Positions 11,678-19,796 of a stretch of DNA of 20,000 nucleotides are shown piece after piece (position 1 is the stretch's first letter; each line of letters begins with the position of its first letter). Under the pieces are notes generated by a model that was not told the DNA's origin, did no database searches, and saw nothing but the letters and a program-made list of their open reading frames with translations. This stretch comes from Lama guanicoe. Taxonomy: Eukaryota. Where the stretch lies: the NCBI GenBank assembly GCA_013239625.1, contig MU053933.1:3764425-3784424 (forward strand). The letters are read 5' to 3'. The position numbers were made by a program, and so were the translations under genes.

Positions 11678-12261
11678 GGGAAAGCTGTGACTCAGCTATG
11701 GTCATCAGAGACCTTAGCACAGCCAAGGAAACAATAGCTTAGCTTAAATTGAATACTATTTACCAACATCATTGACCATCATAACGTGTTATTGAGTCAG
11801 TGGTCACAGGACATTCAGAAATTACACATCCACATGCAAATCAGTAAATAGCTTGCTTTATTACCCCTCTGCTTACTGCTTAATCTCATACTTTGTCCTT
11901 ATCACCTTCCCACCCCCCCCAAACAAGGCAAAGGATATAACTATGTAAGATTCAACTAACTCATCTAACAAACATATTGCCCTTACTTCACCAACCCAGT
12001 TACTATAACTAGAAATTGGCCTTTTAACTCTATCTGCCAACTGTTTAGATATATAAGGCTTATATCAATAGGCATACCCCTAGATCTGCTATTTACTTTG
12101 AACAAAACTAAAATCACAGTGTACTGTAACAGTCTCCAAAAGAAATATTATATTTTTAATACTAGTTTAACACAATGTGGACTACTATACCAAATACCAA
12201 GGTATCAGTTAAATACATAAATCTCATATGTCGAAAATCAACCTGTTGATTTACTCAACCT
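11678..12261 (+). other. NUMT: 3' part of the mitochondrial control region (D-loop)
   Basis: GTGACTCAGCTATGG at ~11687, CSB1-like AGTCAGTGGTCACAGGACA at ~11795 and a C-rich tract at ~11905-11920, directly upstream of tRNA-Phe. Confidence 0.8.
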
Positions 12262-12331
12262 GTTGATGTAGCTTGAATAATCAAAGCAAGGCAGTGAAAA
12301 TGCCTGGATGAGTTTACTAACTCCATAAACA
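12262..12331 (+). pseudogene. MT-TF: mt-tRNA-Phe pseudogene (NUMT)
   Basis: GTTGATGTAGCTT...AAAGCAAGGCAGTGAAAATGCCTGGATGAG...CTCCATAAACA, with the GAA anticodon retained. Confidence 0.92.
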
Positions 12332-13301
12332 TATAGATTTCATTCCAGCCTTTCTAATAACTTGTAATAAATTACACATGCAAGTTTCTGCATTCCCATG
12401 AGAATGCCCTCTAAATATTTTAAAAGAGTAAAATCAGCAGATATCAAGCACCCTAGATGTATCTTTCAATGCCTCGCTGACCCATGCCCCTATGGGAAGT
12501 GGCAGTGATAAAAATTAAGCCATAAATGGAAGTTTTACTAGGTTGTCATGACTAATTAGGGTTGGTACATTTTCATGCCAGGCACCACTGTCATAATATG
12601 AACCTCAAGTAATAGAAAGTCAGTGTGTCATGTGGTAAAGAGTATTTCAAAATAAAGGTAAGTCCTAGCTATGGTGTGCAAAGCCATAGCTAAAGTGAAA
12701 ATGAGCTACTTAAGTCACTTTAACATTCCTTGTTACAGGTCAGTAAAGATTCAAAGTCGTGTCCCTGTGTTAGTAAGGGGGTAGATATCCAACTATACTT
12801 ATCTTTAGATCAAAATAAAATAATCATAAAAAAATTATTGGCCAGATGAATACTAGCATAATCCAAAAAACTAAAAGGACTCGTGGTGCTTCCTATGGTG
12901 TTTATAATCCACAAAACCTGATAAACCTCACCACTTTCATGAACACAGTCTATGTCTATGTACCAGCATCTTCAGTAACTCCCCAAAAGGAGCAACAGTG
13001 ATCGTAATGATCAGATATAAAAACATTAGGTTTAGGTGTAACCTGTGGGGTGGGAAGATAAGGGTTTCATTTTCTACCTTGAGTACAAAATAATATATAC
13101 AAAATTGTGATGAAGCACCAAAGGAGAACTTAGTTGTAAATTAAGAGTGCCCAATACAGTCAGGCCATGAATCAGGCACACTCAGTCTGTCACGCTCCTC
13201 AAATAGAAATAAATTTTCATAACCCAGTAACAAGTAGTAGACATTAAAGAGGAGAGGAGTCCTTACAAGGTGGGTACACTGGAAAGTGTGCTTGGATACA
13301 T
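12332..13301 (+). pseudogene. MT-RNR1: mt 12S rRNA pseudogene (NUMT)
   Basis: Motifs ATTACACATGCAAG, GAATGCCCTCTAAA, GCAGTGATAAAAATTAAGCCATAAA and the 3' end CTGGAAAGTGTGCTTGGA, lying between tRNA-Phe and tRNA-Val. Confidence 0.93.
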
Positions 13302-13369
13302 CAAAGTGTGGTTTAAAGAAAAGCACCTGGTTTACACCCAGTTGATTCCATACTTTGTGAAAAATTTGA
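13302..13369 (+). pseudogene. MT-TV: mt-tRNA-Val pseudogene (NUMT)
   Basis: CAAAGTGTGGTTTAA...AAAGCACCTGGTTTACACCCAG...TTTGA, with the TAC anticodon retained, between 12S and 16S. Confidence 0.88.
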
Positions 13370-14957
13370 GCTAAAACTAGTCGAGGCTTCCCATCAAAGT
13401 TAACTGCCATAATTAAATTAAAGATTCATTTAACATTTAAAGTGTAGAAGATAGACATTTAAATCTGATAGCATAAAGTACCATTAGGGAAAGATGAAAT
13501 AAGTTAAGTACCTTGAACCCAGATGAGGTAATTTATGAACAGTTCAGTGGAACAGACTCATCTATATGGTAAACTAGAAGATTTATGAGTAGAGGTAGTA
13601 AACCTAACAAGGCTGCTGACAGCAGGTTGCTCAGAAAAGACTTTTAGTTCAGTTTTAATTATTAATTAAGAATATAACTTCTAATATAATTTTTAATGTT
13701 TTTATAAAGGGACAGGTTTTTAGTTACAGGATAAAAACTCTAGAGAACCAATATAAACAATGTTGCAGTTGGCTTAAAAACAGCCACCCATTAAGAAAGT
13801 ATTCAAGGTTGGGAGGGTATAGCTCAGTGGTAGAGTGTGTGCATATTATGCACAAGGTCCTGGGTTCAATCCCCAGGACCTCCATTAAAGGAAAAAATAA
13901 ACCTATTTGCCACCCTCCCCCAAAAGGGCAAGTATTCAAGGTCAAGAACACATTCATCACAATACCAAAAGGAAAAAAAAAAACCTCATAATTTAATACT
14001 GGAGTAATCTATTAATTAGTAAAAGCAGTACTCTTCATATAGGCAGTGAGAAATATTTCTCCTTGCATAAGCTTATATCAGAATGAGTAAGTTACTGATA
14101 GTTTACAGTAAAAACTCCTAATCAATATTTAATTATTTATAAAAACAATTCTTAATCTAACACAGGTATGAATTTCTAGGAAAGATTAAAAAAAAAAAGA
14201 AAGTTAAAGGAACGTGGTGATCACAAGTCCTGCCTGTTTACCAGGCAGGTTTCCTCTAGCACTTCTGGTCTTCACTGCCTGACCACAGGCATGTTTAATG
14301 GCCGTGGTTCCCCGACCCTGCCAATGTAGCATAATCACTTGTTTTCCACATAAGGAGTTGGGAGGATGGCCCCACAAGGTTTTAGTATGTCTTTTCATCA
14401 GTGAAATTGACCTTCCCAATAAGAGGTGGGAGCCATATAAAATGAGAAGCTCCTATGGTGTTTTAAGCATTTAACCTATAAAGTAAATAACATAATATTA
14501 AGGGATAGCATAGCTTTTAATGGCTTAAAATATTTGGTTGTGTTGGCCCCAGTGAATAAAACAAACCCCAAACTCCAAGTGATTAACATTTAGACCACCT
14601 ATTCAAAATGCTGTGGCATGTGTTGATCCAATACATTGATTAACAGAACAAGGTGCTCTTGGGATAACAGTTCAATCCAAATTTACAGTTCATTTCAACA
14701 ATAGGGTTTATAGCCTCAGAATTGGGTCGGAATATCCCAATGTTGTTACTGCTGTAAATGGTTTATTCAATGATTAAAGTTCTGTGAGATGTGAGTTCAG
14801 ACTGGAGTAATCTCAACTGGTTTCTATGTTTTATACATTTGTCCCAGTATAGAAGGACAGGAGAGTTAAGGGTCGCTTTACAAAAGCACCTTCAAATTAA
14901 TTGGTGATACAATACAATTTAAATAATTTTTACATACTCTACTGTAGAACATGGTTT
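13370..14957 (+). pseudogene. MT-RNR2: mt 16S rRNA pseudogene (NUMT), interrupted by a SINE
   Basis: Motifs GCCTGTTTACCA, TAGCATAATCACTTGTT, CAGTGAAATTGACCTTCCC, GGGATAACAG and TGAGTTCAGACTGGAGTAATC. Confidence 0.93.
13810..13929 (+). mobile_element. tRNA-derived SINE (resembles camelid Vic-1) with 13-bp TSD
   Basis: GGGAGGGTATAGCTCAGTGGTAGAG (A box) and GGTTCAATCCC (B box), followed by an A-rich segment and a C-rich tail. The direct repeat AAGTATTCAAGGT lies at 13797-13809 and 13930-13942. The family name is from memory. Confidence 0.9.
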
Positions 14958-15032
14958 GTTAGGGTAGCAGAGCTCAGCAATTGCATCAAACCAAACCCTT
15001 TATTTCCTGAAGCCTAAGTCCTCTTCCTAAGA
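14958..15032 (+). pseudogene. MT-TL1: mt-tRNA-Leu(UUR) pseudogene (NUMT)
   Basis: GTTAGGGTAGCAGAGCTCAGCAATTGCA...TCCTCTTCCTAAGA between 16S and ND1. The anticodon loop is mutated. Confidence 0.85.
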
Positions 15033-15034
15033 AC

Positions 15035-16006
15035 AGGTTTATAATCTGTATTCCTTTACTAATTATTGTAGTTTTAATCCATGTTTCACTTCTCACATTA
15101 TTTGAAGGGAAGTCCTAGGTTCTGGAAATTTGGAGAGGCCCAAACATCATCAATTTATATATATATATAAATATATATATATAACTTTATAATATATATA
15201 TATATAATATAACTTTATATACATAGTGTTAAATTATATATAATATATCAATTTACATTATATAGATATAGTTGCATCAATGCTGGCCTTAACCATGGCT
15301 TCCACATTAGGAGCTCCTCTTCCCATTCCTTATCCACTGTCTGGTCATGTGAACCTAGGCATACTTCTCACACTGGCTGTATGAAACTTAGCCATGTATT
15401 CCACCCCCTGATCTGCATTACCTTCATATTAAAAATACACACTCACCAGAGCTCTGTGGGCAGCAGCACAGACAATCTCATGTGAAGTAAACTAGCAATT
15501 ATTGGCTTATCATTCTTACTGATAAATAGATCATTTATATTCTCAGTTATTACACAGGGATATCTATGATTAATTTTCCCCTCCCAACTCCTAGTCGGAT
15601 TCTTATTTACCTCTACTGTAGCAGAAATCAACGGAGCTCCATTTGACTTAACAGAAGGAGATTCAAAAGTTGTATCTAGCTTCAATGTAGACTATGCAGC
15701 AGGTCTGTTTTCTCTGGTGTTTTATAGCAGGTTATGTCTATAACATTATAAATATTTTCATAATTATTCGATTTTTAGGAGCATTTCAAATTCCTAGAGA
15801 ATAGAATTATATACAGGCCAATTACATACAGCCCATGTTATCATTCAAACACTCCTAACAATCTCCTTCCTAGGACTTTGAATAGCCTACCCTCAATTTT
15901 GAGATGATCAACTTTTACAGCTCCTATGAAAAAAAAAATTAACACTAACAGTAGCCCTATGTATATTTCACTACCCATCAGTGCATTGGGCATCCCACCA
16001 GAAATA
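15035..16006 (+). pseudogene. MT-ND1: ND1 pseudogene (NUMT)
   Basis: Remnants GGCCCAAAC, CAGACAATCTCATGTGAAGTAA and GCAGAAATCAACGGAGCTCCATTTGACTTAACAGAAGGAGATTCA (AETNRAPFDLTEGES-like). The start appears mutated, and there are frameshifts and an AT-rich interruption. Confidence 0.9.
15153..15270. repeat. AT-rich low-complexity/(AT)n tract inside pseudo-ND1
   Basis: Directly visible TATATA runs with a repeated TATAACTTTATA motif. Confidence 0.92.
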
Positions 16007-16070
16007 TTGATATGTTTGACAAAAGTAATCTGAAAAGTAAATAAATGAGGTCTAAGAATTCTCATTCCTA
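16007..16070 (+). pseudogene. MT-TI: mt-tRNA-Ile pseudogene (NUMT)
   Basis: ATATGTTTGACAAAAG...AGTAAATAAATGAGG...TTCCTA directly after ND1, degenerate. Confidence 0.75.
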
Positions 16071-16140
16071 GAATCATAGGGATTGATTGTTCCCTTAAGA
16101 ACTTAAAAGTGTTCACGCTGCCACATTACACCACATTCTG
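16069..16140 (-). pseudogene. MT-TQ: mt-tRNA-Gln pseudogene (NUMT)
   Basis: TAGAATCATAGGGATTGA...TAAGAA...TTACACCACATTCTG in the IQM position. Confidence 0.78.
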
Positions 16141-16142
16141 TG

Positions 16143-16199
16143 GTGATGGTTGTTCCACCAAGTGAGCTATCAGTGTTGTTTTATATCCTCACTGTACTA
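16143..16199 (+). pseudogene. MT-TM: mt-tRNA-Met pseudogene with apparent anticodon-arm deletion (NUMT)
   Basis: AGCTATC...TGTTGTTTTATATCCTCACTGTACTA directly before the ND2 ATA. The expected GGGCCCATACCCC arm is absent. Confidence 0.7.
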
Positions 16200-17169
16200 A
16201 TAAACCCTACTTTTACTACCATTCTACTGACCATGCCATGATTTCATTAGCAAGCTCACATTGTACAAGTATTTCCATTCTAATAAGAAAATTAAATGCA
16301 TGAGTTATAGAAGCACCCAACCAATGTTCCCTAACAGAACCCACCACATCCATACTATCTCATGTGGGATTTTACTTTTAATCTAATATACTCCAGTCAG
16401 TGAGCAAGTACAATTTTTTTTTAGTCCAACAGCATCCACCATTTAAACAACAGCCCTAGTCTTAAAATTGGACCTCTCACATTTCTTTCCTGAGTGACTG
16501 AAGCTACACAGGGCATCCCCCACACAGCAGGGCCAATCCAATCAACGTGATGAATGTGCACCCCCGTGTGTTCCAGCAAATCTCAACACCCGCCCCCCTA
16601 AGCATACTGTTATTCACAGGTGTGTTATGAATTATCATCAGCAGCCGAGGCAGACTAACAAAACTCCACTACCACATTTATAGTCTGCTCGTCCATTGTC
16701 CACAGAGGATGGATAACAGCTATTCCAGTGTGTAATCCAACCATGACAACCCTGAATGTACTAATTTATATCAGTCAACACTGTCGTCTTGCTATTCATG
16801 CTCTGCTCATGGACCGCAACACTGTCGTCATCACATATATGGAATAAAACACTTCCAGTCACGATCCTTATCCCCAACATCATATTTTATTAGGAGGCCT
16901 CCCACCAGGATAAAGGTTTTTCCTTAAATGAGTAATCATTTGAGATATAACAAAAATCAGTAACATCAACCCACCAACACTAACAGTCCTCACAGCACTA
17001 TGCAACATATATCTGTACATCTGGCTAAAATTCTCCACATCACTACCTCTACTTTTATGAATAAATTAAAAAGTGAGATTTTAAACATAGAAAACAATGG
17101 TCTGATGATTACTAATCCTAATAGTCACACTATTACTGCCCTTAACACCCATTCTATCAGAGCTGGAGT
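16200..17169 (+). pseudogene. MT-ND2: ND2 pseudogene (NUMT)
   Basis: Begins ATAAACCC. Remnants include ATAGAAGCA, TTTCCTGAGTGACTGAAGCTACACAGGGCATCCC and TTAGGAGGCCTCCCACCA. It ends at tRNA-Trp and has many indels and stops. Confidence 0.88.
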
Positions 17170-17233
17170 AGAAATTTAGCTTAATATACACAAAGGGCTT
17201 TCAAATGCTCAAGGAAGTACAATTTAATTTCTC
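17170..17233 (+). pseudogene. MT-TW: mt-tRNA-Trp pseudogene (NUMT)
   Basis: AGAAATTTAGCTTAA...CAAAGGGCTTTCAAATGCTCAAG, with TCA retained. Confidence 0.8.
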
Positions 17234-17236
17234 AAA

Positions 17237-17308
17237 ATATGGATTACAAGAGATTGTACTACATCAACTGAATGCAAATCAAACAGTTTATTTAAGGTAA
17301 ATACTTGG
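17237..17308 (-). pseudogene. MT-TA: mt-tRNA-Ala pseudogene (NUMT)
   Basis: GGATTACAAGA...ACATCAACTGAATGCAAATCAAACA...TTAAGGTAAAT in the WANCY position. Confidence 0.8.
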
Positions 17309-17380
17309 TAGATTGGTGGGCTTCCACCATAGAACATTTTAGTTAACAGGTAAATCTTCTAGTAAATTGGCTTCTAGTTA
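17309..17380 (-). pseudogene. MT-TN: mt-tRNA-Asn pseudogene (NUMT)
   Basis: TAGATTGGTGGGCTTCCACC...TTTAGTTAACAGGTAAA...TGGCTTC. Confidence 0.82.
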
Positions 17381-17416
17381 TTTCTCCAGCCATCTAGAAA
17401 AATTTTGCAGGAGAAG
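17381..17416. other. Remnant of the mitochondrial light-strand replication origin (OL) hairpin
   Basis: Inverted repeat TTCTCCAGC...GCAGGAGAA between tRNA-Asn and tRNA-Cys. Confidence 0.8.
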
Positions 17417-17482
17417 CCCTAGCAAAATTGAAGCTAATTTTTTGAGAATTTGCATTTTAATATGTCAATTCACCACAGGGCT
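17415..17482 (-). pseudogene. MT-TC: mt-tRNA-Cys pseudogene (NUMT)
   Basis: AGCCCTAGCAAAATTGAAGCT...GAATTTGCA...TTCACCACAGGGCTT. Confidence 0.82.
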
Positions 17483-17548
17483 TGACCCCAAAGGGACACA
17501 ACCTCTATCTTTAGGTTTACAGTCTAAGGCTTGCTCAACCACTTCACC
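17483..17548 (-). pseudogene. MT-TY: mt-tRNA-Tyr pseudogene (NUMT)
   Basis: AACCTCTATCTTTAGGTTTACAGTCTAAGGCTTGCTCAACCACTTCACC immediately before the COX1 ATG. Confidence 0.82.
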
Positions 17549-17549
17549 T

Positions 17550-18095
17550 ATGTTCACAAACCACTGACAACTTTCAGCAAGTCACAAAGATTGGTATTTT
17601 AAATCACTATACTATTATGTGAGCTGGAATAGTAGGCACTGCAGTAAGTTCATTAACCCCCGTTGAGATAGACCGTGAGCGCTCTTCGGAGATGACCAAT
17701 CTATGATGTAGTCATAACATCATATGTATTTATAGTAAGCATATCCTGTGCATGTGTTTATTAGTTATACTAAGGACAATTGGGGGATCCACAAGCTGAC
17801 TTGTCCCACTGATAATTGGGGCATTCAACATAGCATTGCTCTGACTGAATGATAGCAGCTTCTCAGAATTTCTCCCATCATTCTTACTCCTACTCATATC
17901 GCAAAAAGTAGAAGCTGGTGCCAGCACTTGTGGAACCATGCGTACATTCACCTCTAGCTGGAAATCTGGCCACAAAGGAGCCTCTGCTGACCTAGCCACG
18001 TCCTCCATGTATTTAGTAGGTGTCTCTATCATTCTTGGTGATTTTAATTTTTTAAACTACAATCAATAATATAAAACCATCAGCCATATCCCAAT
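17550..18095 (+). pseudogene. MT-CO1: COX1 pseudogene, 5' portion only (NUMT)
   Basis: ATGTTCACAAACCACTGA..., TGAGCTGGAATAGTAGGCACTGC, GGAGATGACCAAT and GTAGAAGCTGGTGCC. It is truncated at ATAAAACCATCAGCCATATCCCAAT (MKPPAMSQ-like). Confidence 0.92.
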
Positions 18096-19200
18096 GTATG
18101 TAGTTTGAGCTAATTGTATATGTGGTGAGAAATAAGGGTCCAGTTTTATTCCCCTGCATGTGCATAGCCAGTTACCCAGCACCATTTGTGGAAAAGACTA
18201 GTAAAAAACAAACACCCTAAATATTTGTGCTTGTCAAAAATGTACTGATCCTAAGAGAATGGGATTATGTTCGGGATTCTTATGTACTGCCATTTATCTG
18301 TATTTATATTTTTATGGCAATATCATATTTTTTCATATTGCTTTGTATTGACATGAAATTTGAAAATATGACGCTCTATCTTGGGTTTTCTTTTTTTGAG
18401 TTTGTTTTGTCTTTTGGGGATTCCTAAAATTATATATGAGTGTTAAAATCAACTTCTGTGTTTATTCCAAAATTTTCATAGAAATTACGTAGTCTCCCTA
18501 GATCGCTTTGGGCACTCACACCATATTTAGTTTTGTTACCAACATGGGATGCCTTCCTGTTTTTAAGGTTTTATTTCATTTCTTTAGTGGAGTCTTTTAC
18601 GTTTAAATTTATTAGTATTGTACCTGGATTAAATTAATTCTTAATTATTTTAGTAATATTGACATCATGTAAAATACAATTCTCTTAAATTCTTGAGATT
18701 ATTCATTGTTAATGTGTCCATGTAGACAAATTTTGATTTATTGATATTTTGTATTCTCTACTTCCTGAAGTATTTGAGTTGCTCACAGTTTAAAAATTGA
18801 GCTAGTCAATGAATTGTGTATGCTTTCAAGATGTGTATGTAAAATGATGTCAACTGTATCTGTGAATAGACTCCCTTTTATATGTAACAATTTTATGTTT
18901 ATTCTCTTTCATACTGGATTTGCCTGGAATTTCCTGTACAATAGTGAATAACAGAAGTGAAAGGAAATCTCTGGGCCTTGTTCCAGATGATTGACTTTTA
19001 CGTGTGATTTTTATACTGCTTTGTATCAACTGAATAATTTGTTCTTAGTCCTATTTTCATCAGTGTTTCTGCCATGAAGTAGGACTGGAATTGTTTTAAA
19101 ACTTGTGGTGAATCAAGTGAATGCGATGATGTGATATTTCTGTATTGTATGAATGTAGTTTATTACATTGCTTAGGTTTATGTGATAATTTATGACATTG
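18096..19200 (-). mobile_element. Old L1M ORF2-region fragment between the NUMT and the telomeric repeats
   Basis: TTTGAGCTAATTGTATATGTGGTGAG...CCAGTTACCCAGCACCATTTGTGGAAAAGACT, TAGATCGCTTTGGG and CAATAGTGAATAACAGAAGTGA. Confidence 0.8.
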
Positions 19201-19374
19201 CTTGGCTTGCAATGAGAAAACAATGGATTATCTGCTTTGGAGACATTTGTAGGAGGTGCACACAGATTTCTATCGTGCTGTTAATTTCAGTTAAGAAGTA
19301 ATACACGGGTAAGTGGAAGATTCTATTTTATAGGCTGGTTGATGTGTGCTTGATGTCTTCGTGCAATTTGATCA

Positions 19375-19588
19375 TCAGGGTAGTCCTAGGTTGTTAAAAG
19401 AAAAACAATTGAGGCTAAGGGTCAGGTATAAAATTAAGCTGGAGTACAGAAACGGGTAAGTATTAGAGTCTGTGTGAGGGTACTATTTATGGTAAGGGAG
19501 AAGGTTAGGGAAGGGCATGCAGAACTGGTAAGGGTTTGGTTCGGGTTAATGTTGAGATTTGGGGTAGTGCTCGGGTTCGGGGTTAGAT
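19375..19588 (+). repeat. Degenerate telomere-like junction zone
   Basis: Rising density of TCAGGG, TAAGGG, TGAGGG, TTCGGG and TTAGAT-type variants toward the pure array. Confidence 0.7.
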
Positions 19589-19688
19589 TTAGGGTTAGGG
19601 TTAGGGTTAGGGTTAGGGTTAGGGTTAGGGTTAGGGTTAGAGGGTTAGGGTTAGGGTTAGGGTTAGGGTTAGGGTTAGGGGGTTAGGG
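19589..19688 (+). repeat. Canonical vertebrate telomeric repeat (TTAGGG)n
   Basis: 15 perfect units, one TTAGAGGG and one extra GG. It runs into an assembly gap. Confidence 0.98.
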
Positions 19689-19796
19689 NNNNNNNNNNNN
19701 NNNNNNNNNNNNNNNNNNNNNNNNNNNNNNNNNNNNNNNNNNNNNNNNNNNNNNNNNNNNNNNNNNNNNNNNNNNNNNNNNNNNNNNNNNNNNNNN
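19689..19796. other. Assembly gap (108 N)
   Basis: Run of N. Confidence 1.

Larger units (their letters stand above)
11678..18095 (+). other. NUMT: ~6.4 kb degenerate nuclear copy of mitochondrial DNA (control region to 5' part of COX1)
   Basis: Recognisable mtDNA motifs run collinearly in the standard vertebrate order: GACTCAGCTATGG (control region), CSB1-like GGTCACAGGACA, tRNA-Phe, 12S, tRNA-Val, 16S, tRNA-Leu, ND1, IQM, ND2, WANCY/OL, COX1. Reading frames are broken, many CpGs appear as TpG/CpA, and both flanks are L1-derived. Confidence 0.97.

Noticed and set aside
12666..12693. Inverted repeat TAGCTATGG...CCATAGCTA
   Set aside because: It is most simply an inherited 12S rRNA helix.
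13811..13883. Functional nuclear tRNA gene
   Set aside because: It has A and B boxes but also a SINE-type tail and a TSD, and it sits inside pseudo-16S.
11678..18095. Genuine mitochondrial genome or mtDNA contamination
   Set aside because: Frameshifts, stops, broken tRNAs, CpG decay, an inserted SINE with TSD and L1 flanks show nuclear residence.
17..19686. Short ORFs in the supplied six-frame track as real genes
   Set aside because: All are at most 133 aa, and most lie in L1, LTR, SINE, NUMT or telomere sequence. None resembles an intact protein, and the few meaningful words are L1 ORF2 C-terminal remnants (e.g. 1678-1893, 11205-11396).
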